Source: Bilabrum cf. latius | Taxonomy: Eukaryota | Length of the DNA: 64,000 nt | Assembly (NCBI GenBank): GCA_965178125.1 | Contig: OZ237740.1 | Span: 496,001-560,000, forward strand | Direction of reading: 5' to 3' | Part shown: in pieces, positions 1 through 12,996 of the stretch | Position numbering within the stretch: the first letter of the stretch is position 1 | How the letters are laid out: every line of letters starts with the position of its first letter | Position numbers and translations under genes: made by a program | Notes under the pieces: generated by a model | What the model was told of the DNA's origin: nothing | The model's database searches: none | The model's input: only the letters and a program-made list of their open reading frames with translations

Positions 1-3000
1 ATCACCGACTGTGTGGACGCGTTCTTGTAGTTTCCGGCCATGATGTGCAGGTCCTTGCCCTCCCACTCGAGCTCACTGGCGGCAGCCGCTTCGTTCACGA
101 TCGACCGCACCAAGCCTTGGACGTCGTGCGCAGTCGCGCCGGACAATGCGACAATGTGCGCGTGTGGAAATAGCCAGGCGGCATCTTCGGAGGTCTGCAC
201 CATGCCCAATTCCCCCATGAGGCCGCTGTCGTACAGCAGGCTGGCCAGGTGGTCCCGCCGCCGCCCGTGGGTCCACTCCGACCACGGCGGCGTCCCCGAT
301 TCGGTTGCTGCAGGTGGTTGCGTCATTCCTTGCGAAGTTGTAACCCCTCGCATTGGATGAGCGACCTACTCCAAGATCTCGTCCGAATCGGCCGCTGTGT
401 CGTTCGCGAAGTGGTCCTTTGCCAAGCGCACGGTCCGCCTCATCATGTCGTTTACTCCGCCCTGCTTCCTGGCTGCACTCAGCAGAGCCACCAGGGCCTT
501 GGCGTAGTCGCGGGGCTCCCACCGCCTGTCTGCCTGCATCACAAGGCTGGACGCCAGTGTTTCTTTCCTCAGTAGCGGTGGCAGTACGATGCCCTTGGGG
601 TCTTGCATGCCGACTGCATCGCCGGGGTCGAACCGCTCTTCACCTGCTGCACTACCTGTTGCTTCCATGGGACCGCCAGGCATCCCGATCAACGCTCCCA
701 TGAGGGCGGGCGACAAATCAACCGGGCCAGCACTTGCAGCGAGCTGAGAACACGCCGTCAAGGGGGTCAGCCTCCTGACCAGCTGAAAGAGACCCACGTG
801 ATCGAGTGCGATGCGGTCGCTGGCCAGCCTGGCACTCTGCAGACGAACGAATGCAATCGGCTGCCTAGGCATGATCTGTCCAATCAGCATGCTGGAAGCA
901 GCGTTAATGCCCTGTATGCTCAGTCCATGGTACCGCTGCTTTGCCTTGAGCCACGCGTCTGCATTCTCGGACAGATCCCTCCACAGGTCAACCGCGGCAG
1001 GGCGCACGTATCCCTCGAGGGGGTCCAACCCATGGCTGGGCTAGCCGTCCGATTCCCTCTCTTGCTCTTCATTCAATTCCTGCTGCACTGAGGGAGCGTT
1101 CGGACCCAGCACCACGTACCCCGGACATGCTCTCGTGATGCCAGCCTTCCTGCCAAGCTCGGAGGATTCGGAGGCTATCCCAAAGGAAAGGAGGAGCTGC
1201 TCCCGCTGGTGGTCCGAGCGCACACGCTTTGTCACGAATTCAACCAAGTCAGCGTGCGCGCGGATCGAGGCATCGAGCCGTTCCTCACAAATAGCGCGGA
1301 AGCTCGGGAGATGGTCGCCACATCCCGCCCCTTCAGTCACCTGGTGCGCGTGGAGCGCGCACGCCGCAGCGGCCCCCTTGGAAATCACTTCCTGCACGAA
1401 ATCGTTGAGGTCAAACGTCTCATTGTCTTGCCTAATCCCATCAACCGTGAAGTGCCTCAGGCGAAGCATGCTCTTCAGTTTGCTGACCGTGCTGAATCCC
1501 CACCCCCTGTTGCTCTGTTCCCAGTGTGACAGCGTGATCGCTCGGTCGCACAAGTGCCTCATGCTGCCGTTCTCAGCAGTCGCCACAATCCGCAGAGCGT
1601 GCGCCACTCCATCAACTTGAGATGCGCTACTCCCGGTTTCGGCACCCTCGTCTGCTATATCAGTATCACTCAGCTGCTGGAGAAGCTGCCGCGACTTGAG
1701 CACCCATCTTACCGTGCTTGCACCCACAAGCTCTCCTCGCGATTGCGTGCAGATCTCAAACATCCGGTCCACCAGCACCGTCATGCATTCCGACAAACTG
1801 GTCAGCAGCTCTTGTCGCGACTCGTTCGTTGCTTCTGTGTGCTCACCAGATGCGGCACTCCATGCCTCGACGAGCCTGCGCACCTCGGCAGGTATCCCAT
1901 CCGGGATGGATACTTCGCACGGGTTCTTCCCCTCCATCTCTGCTTCATCCATACCCTCCATCAACTCGAGCAAAGCCTCTCGTTCACTGGAATCATTTGC
2001 GCAGTATGTAGCTGCAGATAGCAACGGGGGTCTGATGGCCAACTGCCACTCGCCGGCCGCTCTGTCCCCTCTGCGAGCACCGTGGAGGGCCTCAAGGGTT
2101 GACTCAGCCTCTTGAAGCAAGCAATTCGCAAGTATCCTGCACGATGATTCGTCTGGCTGCAACGCAATTCCTTCGTTTCTAAGTTCCAGCGCGTACAACC
2201 ACGCGGCATCCAAGCCCTGCTACGAACGAAGCGCCTGGAGCAGTGGTCCGAGCTGGGAGCTCGCATGAATGGGACACCGCTTCAGGTCATCGCCAAGAGA
2301 CGTGCCGTTCTTCTCGTCGTGTCTCGCAATGATCCCTCTCGTCGTATCGATCAGGTACACCTGCTTCTCGCAGTCGCCATGGAATGCTTCGAACAGCCGG
2401 TGCACTGTCCTGCGCCTTGGGTACAGGGGTGATTCCATGCTGCCAAAGGCCTTGACTACTCGAAGAGCAGTATCAGCAAGCTCGGTCCCCTTTCCGCTCT
2501 GTACGATCGCGTACTGCATCCTGTCAACAAGTGAAACCGACACTCTAGCAATTTGAAACCCGTCGGCTTCGTCGAACGACAGCTCGGTGCCGGCCTCCAG
2601 GCTTGCCTTGGACTCGGCAATGAACTCCGCGATTGGAGCTACACCGGCGATCGCGGCCGCGTCTGCATTCATAAAGGTAGCGAGGGCCAGCTCGAACGGC
2701 GACTCGAATCCAGTCACTGGAATCAGCGGCTGGTCAGCTATACCTCTACTACTAGGCTGATCCACGTGCAGCTTCTCCTTGCCAGCGCGCTGCTTCCGCC
2801 CATCCTTGCCGCCACGTTTCGCTTGTTCTTTGTGGGGCTTCGGTCGGAACTGAATGCACGAGGGTGAATTGGCAGGTAGCAGTCCCTAGTCCAACCACGC
2901 CTGCAGCTTTTCCTGGCTGTGCAGCACGACTGATCTCGTGGAGCGAATCACGGGAGGTGCATGCTGCCATGCGGCCGCGCATGCAGCTGCAGCGCTCGCG

Positions 3001-3518
3001 CCTTTTGCCCGTGAGGCAGCTGCTTCGAGCGCTTCCCGGAGGAGCGATTCTCGAGTTCGGTCTGCTCCTTTTGCATCGCCTTCGTGTCTGCCGGCAGCGC
3101 CAGCTTCTGAGAGTGGTGCCTCAACACTCGTCAGGCCCCTGAGGACGTACGTGGCAACTCCCGTCGAGCCCGTCTGTGCCGCGCACTTGAGGGCGGCGTG
3201 TGCAACATTCAGATCGAACAGTTCCGCCTGAGACACCTGCTCGAGAAACGAGCAGGCAAGATTGTCGCCACCCTCTTGCAGCATCGCACCGGTGGCTACG
3301 CCAAACAGATTGCGAGCTCCAGACCTGCCAGCGCCACAGAAACGTACTACTTCAGAGAAATCAAGACTGTTTTCAGGCGCAAGTACCTTTGATTGTGCGT
3401 CCCTGAGCAAAGCCTGGATTATATTGATTTGAATTAGGACACTGAGAGGCGGCAACGCCTGCTCTTCCAAGCAAGGGTCCAGCAACTGTCTCAAGCTGCT
3501 CAAGCTGCCTCGCTCCAT
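1..3518 (-). CDS. Large uncharacterised protein (gene X), copy 1; 3' end runs off the left edge of the window
   Basis: ORFs 2886-3518, 2220-2765, 1041-2213 and 366-1028 are in one frame, separated only by TAG (2886, 2220, 1041, 366). Near-identical to 48742-52259. The start could lie 15 nt upstream (ATG GCA TAG AAC TGG, 3533). Confidence 0.75.
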
Positions 3519-4048
3519 CCAGTTCTATGCCATCTGCTAAAACACGGGTGCAATTGCTTGCATCAGAGGCACGCTAGAGTTCCATTCCGTCAACACACAT
3601 TCGCAAATGCTCGCAGCTAGGTCAGTCTAATTTAGCTCTAGCGCTGCAGACAGCGTACCCTCGATATCGCTCGCTTTTGGAGGTCGTCTGGTTCTAAGCC
3701 TTGCAATTAGATCCTGGCATTGCTACTGGACAGATGATACAGTAGTATGGCTGCTCTGTAGCCGCCCTTGCAGAGCTATAGGATTGCCAGCCAACTGGAA
3801 TCGAGACGTGCTCTGCAGAGATACAAGGCTCGGGGATCGAGCTGCAATCAGACCCCAATGATACGCTAGACTAACACTACGGGCAGAAACAATCCGACGG
3901 CAGTGACGCATCGTCCTTGCAGCTGTAAGTGCTCGAAAACACCGTTCGTGCTCTTGCTTTCTGTTGTGTGCAGTGTGTGGTATTTCAACAATCGAAGTGC
4001 AACAGCCGGTGAGCACCGATTAAACTGAGGTATGCCTGAGAGCTGATC
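3519..4048. promoter_or_regulatory. Divergent intergenic region / putative bidirectional promoter between genes X and Y
   Basis: Lower-GC ~530 bp spacer between head-to-head genes, conserved in copy 3 (52260-52789). No specific motif identified. Confidence 0.45.
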
Positions 4049-7000
4049 ATGAGTAGTAAAGAAAAGGATAAGAAGCCTGCTGGCGACGAGGAGGGGGGTG
4101 AAGACGCTGGAATTTCCGGGGCACTTGGGCTCGATGAATCTCCTGATGCCGGTGTTGACGATGCAGACTACGTTCTGCGCGACAGTGATGATGAGGGCGA
4201 CGATGAAGTGAGAACAATAAACACATCAAGTATTACTGCCTTGGTTCGCGCTGGATCTGTGTTCTGCATGCAGCAAATCACCTGTTGCGAAACGCTGGCT
4301 CTTCATTGCACTTGTTTTGCAGGATCCTACGATCGACATTCATCAGTACTTGCGCACATCTGATGATGTGGATACTGCTATTGAGTACACCAAGCTAAGA
4401 CCGTGGTCAATCAAGCTCAGCCGCTTTGAGATTTCCAATGACTCGGACGCCGAGATGTCACCTTTCCTCGTTGTTCGCTTGGAGGACCAGAACGCGGTGC
4501 TTCCCGCATGCGAAGCTTGCGTGAAGGGATGCTGCATGACAGATCATATCCCTGAAAGTACCGCGGTTCAGTCTCACACGCTCATGGCTCGGAGCCTCCC
4601 GCCAGAACACACGCATCGGATCGAGGACCAGGACGTGCGCCTGGCCGGATGGTCTCGGGTGAACGGGGAGCATGGTTACGAGCAGAACATCGACCTGTCC
4701 TACCGATCAATCTGGGACTATGCAGTATACATCGAGCTGTGGGACCACTGCTGGCCGCGCGCCAACAAGCTGCTCGGGGTGCAGAGGCTGCTCCTCCGGC
4801 AGGTCATCGTGCAGGCGCCCCAGATGCAGTTCCAAGTAAGGAACAGAGACCCGGCGGCCAGCAGGGGAGAGGCCCCCCGATTCATTGCCACGGTGGCGTA
4901 CAGCATAGAGGTGGAGGTCACTGACCCCGAGTACGTTCTGAGGCTCAGCCGGTGGCAGGCAATGGTGGCCAGCACGCTGCTGAGGCGGGGCGTGGCCGAC
5001 CCAGAGCCCGGCTGCTGCGGCTGCGAGACGACCGAGGGCGGTCCGTAGCTGAATGAAAAGAAGCGCATTCTGTGCGACTACGACTCGATTGAAAGGATCC
5101 CTGAAAGGGAATCGCAGGGAAGCCAGCAGGACGGCGCAAGCGGGGCGTCTGGGTCCGTGTCCTCCGTGGATGCAGCGAGGCAGCAGGCGAGAATAGCGGC
5201 GCAGCTCCCGATGGAGCCCCTTCTCACTGCTGATGGCCCCGCGTTCCTGCGGCAGCGAATCGCTCGCCAGTTGCGAAAGACCGCGGGAAGCTCTAGCGGC
5301 ATGCTTGGCGACCCAGTCGCTGCGGCCCCGCCTGCCGGATCTAGCCTCCGCTCCACGGTGCAGGAGGCCAAGGCGCTGTGGGGAAGCGCCCCGGCTGGCA
5401 TCGGTCCTGCACTGCTGCAGCACGATCGAGTGCTCCAGTCGCATGAATCAAAGAGGGAGCCGGGGTGGGTGCAGCAGGGCGCTCTGCTGATCGCTCGATT
5501 CGTCGTGGTGGACGACAGTGGGAGCAACCGGTCGGACATGATCGAGATGTCCTGCCCCATCGCTGCCGATGCGCAGCTTGGAGGGTCCGTGGATGCCGCG
5601 ACCGTGGTGGGTCTTCTCGCAGCCACTGCGGGTAACGGATCAGCGAAGGTGCCAGAGATGCACGTGCGGGGCACACGCTCCCAGCTCGAGTCAATGCGAC
5701 TCAAGGTGCAGGTTCTCATCCGCAACGTCAGGTCTGCCCCGCGTAGCTGTCCGACGTGTGCGGGCTGCTCCACGTGCGTCGATGCCACCCGGTGCGAAGA
5801 CTGTCTGGATGATTGCTGCAGGGCGCGTCTGTTCACTTCAGCAAGCACCCGGGGAAAGCCGCACGACCCGTACGCACCTTTCAACCTCGGAAATAGCATG
5901 GTGATCGAGTCATCATCGCGCCTGTAGGGCGTGGCCAGCCTGTCCTTGCAAGGGTGCACCACCAGTTTCCTGGCCCCGCTCAGCGGGCACGTGGTCTTTG
6001 ACTTGCCCGCCCTCCGCATGGCAGGTTGGCCCCGGGCGGGCAGGAGAGCCAGGCAGCAGACGTCGCTGCCGGGCTTGCCCAACCTGCCCGGACAGGGACT
6101 GAGGCCTCATTTGGCCAAGGGTAGAGTCATTGGGGCTCTGATCCGAGGCTTCGTAGAGTGGCGCGCGATGAAGAACAGGCTGCTGCCCCTGTTCAGCCAG
6201 CCCGCCTCCGCGGTGTCTGCCGGAGCCAGGTTCCAGAAAACGCTGGCCGACGCGGTGTTTGTGAGCTTGAAGTCGAAAAAGGCGAACCCGGACGCTGAAA
6301 GCGGTACCGGGCTGGTCGGTGACGTAGAGACGGGTGACGGCGACATGGACGATTCGAGCAACAGGACGGGGGTAGTGGGCAGCACGCCGGACGGCAGCGC
6401 CTCCCAGTGGCCGGGTGTGCTCTCGGGCACGGACGCCAGCGCGAAACTGAGGCAAGCTGGGGTACAGGCTCGAGTGCGGCCCTCTCGATTCCTGAAGCCC
6501 GTGCACAAGAGCGTGGAGCATTAGCCCCACCTGGTGATCAACCTAACCCAGATTGGGGGGATCGAGAGGCTGCTGGGCGCCCTCCGCGGCGACCCCGTGG
6601 TGGATGCGTCGACTTCCGTGCAACGTCTCGAGCAAGGACCGGGGAAGGATGCCGGATCCACCGGTGGAGAGGACAGGGATTTTGTGATCGCGCTGCGGTG
6701 GGCGGGTCAGCAGCACTCCGTGGCGGCCACCGCGACATCTCGAGGGGTGCTGAGCGCGAATGGGCCCTTGTTCCTTGAGATTCCACTCACGCCCGGAGCA
6801 CAGGAAAAGCTCACTGGGATTGTCAGCTCGGTGGACGACTCATCTCAGCAGACAATGTTCCGAGAGGAGCTGATCGGCGCGCTGAGTCAGCTGAGGGCCA
6901 TGCAGCTAGAGGTGTGGACCGCGCCCGGGATCGGGCCCGTGGACCTGCAGGACGCCTCCAGACTGACGGAGCGGGCCGTGCTGCTGGCTCGAGGAAGCCT

Positions 7001-10000
7001 GGAAATTCCATTCGAACTCATGATTCCCATCATTCGGGAGGAAGTGGTGCCCCCCACCCCCTGGCAGAGGGCAGCGCTGGCACTTGGGCCCATCATGAGC
7101 GTGCTCAGCTGCTGCTCCAGCAACGATCTCACCAAGCCGGAGCAGGACAGATCGCCCAGGGGCCTTCACCTGAGAATCCCCATGCTGGGGCCTGACGGAA
7201 CCATCCGGTCGGGGGCGGCGATGCGGCGCACGCGGTGCGAGATCGGCCTTGATGTCGAGCTGGTGGGTCTCCTGTGCCCTGAGTCGGCCACACAGATGGA
7301 AGCCAGCCCGGACATGATCGAGCGGGAAACGGAGGCCAAGGCGCTGGGCTCCGTGGCCTACCCTGTCATGGTGTCGAAAGGAATGCCCTCGGGGCACAAG
7401 CACCTGCAGGGTAGCCTCAAGCCCGACCACTCCGACACAGCGGCCGACAGCATCATCGATAGGATATTTGAGGTGCCTGTGTCCGACCTCCCCGTCGGCA
7501 GGAGAGGCTCCTTCTGTCCCCCCGATGGGTCCACGTGGTGTGACAGCGTGTTCATGAGAGCATCGACGGACACCTTCAAGATGGCAACGCTGCGACTGGC
7601 CGCTCTCTCCAGCCCGATCGCTGCTCGGCGCGAGCCCAGCAGGCTGCTTGCTGCGCTCGACCGATCGCTTAGCGATGCAGTGTCTGCGGCTACAGCCGAC
7701 AAACCCTCCAGCGCTGGGTCTGCGGCTTCGGCTAGACTGGCTGATGCAGGCGTCACGCGGCCCATGCCGGCGTGGTGGCGAGCCCTCGCTGCCGTAGGTA
7801 GGGCAGCCCAAGCTCTGGCTGGCACAACAGCGTCCACTTAGTCGAGCAGCCTTGGCGGCACGATCGCCTCTTCGCACCCCTTGCTGCGGCTTCACGATGT
7901 CTAGGGGACTTGCTGGGTGCCGTGCCAGTATGTCGTGGATGCGCCTGTGCTTGTGAGGCTGCTGTAGCATTCTGTTCAGCAGGAGAGGCAGCTGGATCGC
8001 GTGCTGAGCAGCGCGGTGCGTGCGGGGGCCATGCCTCAGCTGGCCGGTCCCTCCAGTTTCAAGAAATTCAAGCACCTTGGAAGCATGCTCCGCCTGGACG
8101 TGGACACGTCCATTAGGCAAACTGCCTTGCTGGAACTGCACGCCGCACACAGGAGACACCTGCCGTGGCGCGCCATGCAGCTATCTAGGTCGGTGCGCTT
8201 CCATCGGACCGACTCGGCCTACGTTGACGCTTCCCTGCAACAGTGGCGCGGCCGAAGCGACCTACTCGCGATCTCTAAGGCGACTGGGGCAGCAGAAGCA
8301 AAGGAGCGCGCCCTGTCCATTTTGACCATCGCGAGCGCGCAGGGTTGGTCTCCAGAAGTACTGCATGGTGATGCTAGTCAGGAGGAGCGGGTACTTGAAG
8401 ATGTTGCGCTGGATGAAGCAAATCCACTGGCAGATTTCGGGATTGATGATGAGCTGGACAGCGGGGTGGAGGGCGAGGAGGGCGAGGAGGGCAAGTCGGC
8501 CGATATTCACGGCGAGGCAGAGGAGTTCAAAGGGATTGCTGGAGGGTCAGGCGCGGTGCAGCGCGGCAGATCCGCGGGTGGGGCCGCTGCGGTGCTCGAG
8601 GAGACGGCGGACGACGAGCTCTTTGTGGGCACGGCTGCAAGCGAGCATGCCTAGGAGCGGCCGGCGGCTTTAGTGGCGCGGGTGCTGCAGCAGCCTGGCG
8701 ACCCCCGGGTGCTTGCCGATGAGTTGCTCGGTGTCGCGGGCCATGAAACTGGCGAGGACTCTGATAATGGTGGCGCCAGCAGTGGATACGGATCGGATGA
8801 GGGCGAGAGCAAGCACGGCGTCGGCGCTACCCAGACAGGCATACCCGCCCTGCCCACTGAGCTGCAGAAGGTACTCGAGCGCTGGCCCAGGGTGGTCAAA
8901 CCCGTCGGTCATGTGCTGCAAGACGGCCACGCGTCGGTGGTGGAGCACGCGATGCTGCTCTGCTCCTTGCTCCGGAGTCTGGGCGAGGATGCGTACGTCT
9001 GCGCCGGGCTCGCTTTGCCGTTAGGAGGGACTCAGCCAGACGCAGATGCTGGTAGCTATGCAGAGAATGGTGGCTCTTCTTCGCAGACGGCTGGAGCTGA
9101 TGACCCAGCCGCGGATGCTGCCCGTGCTGCTGGGAAGGAGGAAGCTCAGATGGAGGGTTGGATGCGCCTGGCTGGAATCCGACCGACCTCCAAGTCACAG
9201 GCAGGGGGCGGCGCCGCCGACCATAGGGTCAAGCGGGATCCTGGACTGGGCCTGCGGGGATACCTGTCGGACGGGGGGGCTTCTCCTGGAGACGATGGCA
9301 TCGGCGGGGACGTTCCTGGGCATGCGATGCAACCGAGCATCAGCGATCGCAGGATGGCAGCCACGCTTGCAAAGATCGACGCGATAGACCCGGACGGAGA
9401 CCGTGTCGCCAGGCCGCACCCCGGGGTGCAAGAAGAGTTGCACTTTTGGGTGGTCGTGTTCCCCAGAAAGCAGGACGAGGAAAGTCCAGAGTGGCACAGC
9501 AGCGCCATGCGGGACGAGGTGGCCATGTCGAAAGGAGTCCCCAAGGAGGTGCAGGCGGCTTGCGGTAGGCGGCCTGAAGACGCCCAGGAAGAGCGGAGCC
9601 AGCTGGGCGATGCCATGATTGCGTTTGGTAGAGACCACGCCTACCGTGCGCTGCACTCTGAATTGGGTGGCCATGCCGTGACGTCTTCGTCCTACTCCCA
9701 TTCGTTTCGCTGCTCCCACACCATCACAGGCCCGCCCAAGTCTTCCCTTTTGCACTCGTTGCATGTACAGGAGAAGGCAATGTGGAAGCCAGTGGCGCAC
9801 TACCTGGCTAGCTTGATGCCCCTGATGCGAGTCGAGGTAGACAAGGGCATCAGAAGTGAGCTTGTCGAGCGAGGCCATCGGGCGGGACAAGCCCAAGCGC
9901 TGAACGGCGGCCAGCCGTCCCAGTCACGGCGGCTAGATTCATCTTCCTCGTCCGGCCATGCATCCGATCACGACAGGCTAGTGGCCCAGGGAACAAGCAG

Positions 10001-10924
10001 AGGAGCTTCCGACGAGAGCAGTGGCCACAGGCGGCGGGGCGGTGATACAGTGGCAGCAGCGGCGGCGCGGCTGCTGCTGTGGCAATCCGCCCTTGAGAAG
10101 CCCAGTCAATTCGAGGAGCCTCCCTCGCTTAGGTCCAAGAGACTCGAGAGGAAGATGGTAGCGGGCGGAGACAAGCTGGTCACCCCGGGACACAGGCCGA
10201 GCGCCGCCCCCACTGTGCAGGACGATCCCTTCCACACTGCCGAGACAGGCATGCCGGGTCATACCCCCAGGCGCCTTCAGAGGTGGGACAGTACGGACAA
10301 GGCATCCGTCGGGGCCCTGCAGCAGCAGTACGTGGCCCTGCTGCGGTCAGCCACTGGGTTGAGCAGCCCGCCTAGCCCGATCGCCTCACTCACTCCGATC
10401 GGCACTGCCGTGCCAGGGGTAACCCCGCCCAGGATGCGGGCAGCCCCGGGCGAGGCAGACCCGCTGGGACCAGCCGCAGTGGCGTTCACGGTGCAGCCTG
10501 ATTTTTTCGAAGTCTCGAGCACGTTCGGAGCCGATTCAAATAGGCAGTGTGGAGCTCCCTTGCAGCCGCTCGCTCACCTCGCCGCCTTGAGATGCTTCTT
10601 GGGCTCCCCGGCTGCTACGGTTCCCGACTTGAGGGCGTGCAGTGCGATGAACGCCCCGTGTTCTTCTGCCCAAGCCGCAACGTATTTGTCTCTGGCGTCC
10701 TGCAGAAGGGCGTGCGCCTTGCGTTTAGCTGCGGTGTCCGCCTGCCTGTTGATGAACACGTTCTGGTCGTCAAACATCATCAAAGGGCGCCTAAACCTGT
10801 TCCTGTACTATTCAGCAGTCGCCAGCTCCTTCGCTACTTCCGTGGGCAGCCCTGCGACCACCTCAGCTGGAGGCCACGATGCGTACCGGCCTGGTGCGAT
10901 GGACGGCAGCGTCAGCCAGGGCCG
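4049..10924 (+). pseudogene. CEP76/CC2D2A-like gene Y, copy 1; 3' part inverted and truncated
   Basis: Exon 4049-4207, intron 4208-4322 (GTGAGA...TTGCAG, phase 0), then one frame through TAGs ending at 5048, 5927, 6524, 7841, 7904 and 8654. Colinear with copy 3 to ~10522, then a ~380-bp inversion, 22 bp of resumed colinearity and a retroelement. The C-terminal ~300 aa are missing. Confidence 0.75.
10522..10902 (-). other. Local inversion of gene Y coding sequence
   Basis: Reverse complement of ~59263-59639. The minus-strand ORF 10574-10783 (MMFDDQNVFINRQADTAAKRKAH) equals the plus-strand ORF starting at 59385. Confidence 0.9.
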
Positions 10925-12540
10925 AAATCATTGAGGGTTAGTGCTCGGAGTGGCCCAGGGTGCAGACGGAAAGGCTGCTATCATCACCAATGGGAATGGA
11001 GTACCACAAGGCTCTCCACTCTCCTCCGGCCTCTTCTGCCTGGCACTGGACATCGCCATCAAGCTGACTGCGTACGAGAACAACTCGACCCTGATCACTG
11101 CCATCTCCGACGACATCTTCATCATTGGAGAAATCCCAGACCTCGAGCCAGCCATCGCAGACATCATCGCCAACCTCAACGGCCTCCACCTCCCCGTGAA
11201 TCCCAGCGAAACCACCTTCTTCTCCAGGAGTGCCGACACCCAAGCCCAACTTCAACAACACCACACGCCAGTTCCGTGCCATCACCTGCAAACGCCTGCA
11301 TTCACCTCCCCGTCTCTGCCTACCCTCTCCCTCATTTTTCGCAGAAACAACAGACCAACCACCTCTGAAGAGAGGCCACAGGAGTACCTGCCATCATGGA
11401 ACCGACAGGACTACTGACCTAGGCACCAGGGACGGAAGCGCAAGGAGAAGGTGAACAACTACGGCCAGATCTAGTGGTCACAACTGGTACACAGACCAAG
11501 GACATCATCATCGACGTCCGAGGAGTGGATTGCTTTGCGAAGACGTACAAGCCTAAGCATGTAACTACCAGCAGCAGGACTAAGGATACCAGAAGCAAAG
11601 CGAGGCTCAAACAGAAGTGACGAAAGCGCAGAGAACAACGGGGTGTAGAACAAGCTGGAGACGTACAGCAGGAAAGCACAGGCGATACATGGATGGAACA
11701 TACAAACCGAAAGGATGTACGGGACCAAAGAAATGTACGGTAAGTGATCCGGAGAAATACGTTTTTCAACCTGTCGTATTCCTCCACACTGGACTTGTAG
11801 CAAAGCAGAGCAGAGGAGTACTGAATCGACTAGCCAAGATACGCAAGGCAAGATCCTGTAATGCTTGCTCGGAGTTCAGTAACAAATGTGTAGACCCACC
11901 AGTTAATGGTGCTGAGAAAGAGAGCGACGGGGCACAGGACCAGGGTCAGACTCCCGCCGCGGAGTCGCCTGGTCCACTGGGTCGCCTCCCGCGACCCCTG
12001 CCGGCACGACCGGTGCGCCCCGTCGTCTCAGGGAAACGACTCCCTGCCAATGGGTCAATCAATTCACACAAATCACTACATCCCCAGGCAGCCCTCTTGG
12101 CTGCCTCCCCTTTTTGGCCGAGTCGTGGGTGGGTGGGAGAGAAGAAAGCTACTGGCTTGGGCTGCTTCTGTATTTCTTTGCTAATCCCGTCTAGCGCAGA
12201 GGCTGCTCTCTCTCTTTCCCCAGTGTAGACTCGAACCGGAATGACACCTCGCCGGTCGATCACAGGATCACGCCAGTATCAGCTGAACGTTCGCGAACGA
12301 ACAGCTGACCCTGCCCGGATCCTGTAATGCTTGCTCGGAGTTCAGTAACAAATGTGTAGACCCACCAGTTAATGGTGCTGAGAAAGAGAGCGACGGGGCA
12401 CAGGACCAGGGTCAGACTCCCGCCGCGGAGTCGCCTGGTCCACTGGGTCGCCTCCCGCGACCCCTGCCACCTTTGATGAACTTGGGCTGCTGTGTTGTGC
12501 AGCTGTTCCAAGTATGCCCCGCCACCACTCTTGATCTGTG

Positions 12541-12770
12541 TCACTTACTACCGACAACAGCTTTCCTGAATGCTCTTGCCGTCGCGTTCACCCGCGTGGT
12601 GAAATTACTGGCCATGTAGGACTTGCAGGCCTCGACTTGGACCAAAGTCGCCTGCTGGCAGAGGTCCTCACGATCATACCCCCCGACACACCGAGGTGTT
12701 GCCCCACTCCGGCGGTTCGCATGTGCAGCGAAATACGCCGGCCTTCTTACTGACCGAGACGGTATACAGT
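12541..12770 (-). pseudogene. Tyrosine recombinase C-terminal remnant
   Basis: Translates as FAAHANRRSGAT-x5-GYDREDLCQQATLVQVEACKSY...TGA. The H-x-x-R motif (His at 12721-12723) and a Tyr 35 codons later (12616-12618) match the spacing of DIRS/Ngaro YR box II. Not in the ORF track. Confidence 0.6.
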
Positions 12771-12996
12771 GCTAATGACGTATCCACCGCTGGGTTGGTG
12801 CCCGACCTGCGGAGCACGTTAGAACCAATGCATCCGGCAATGCTCTACCAATACCAGCTGCTGAGTCTGCAACATAATATGCGCTGCTCGAACCTGGTAT
12901 AGTCTAAGCCTGTATTCCAGCCATCCCGCATGCAATCATCCAATCATACGATCATTGGCATCTTTGCAAGTAGGCGACCACAAGCGCCGGAACGGT

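Noticed and set aside
366-3518. Operon of separate small genes, or a nonsense-riddled pseudogene
   Set aside because: All breaks are in-frame TAG only, conserved between copies and without frameshifts; many of the track's downstream starts are GTG/TTG; spliceosomal introns are present in neighbouring genes.
5078-6082. Long antisense ORFs overlapping gene Y and others (e.g. 6906-8159, 25914-26780)
   Set aside because: These are shadow ORFs typical of GC-rich coding DNA, and some are not preserved in the paralogous copy.
8673-10934. 753-aa ORF as a genuine protein
   Set aside because: It is an internal part of gene Y whose last ~135 codons are antisense read-through of an inverted segment.
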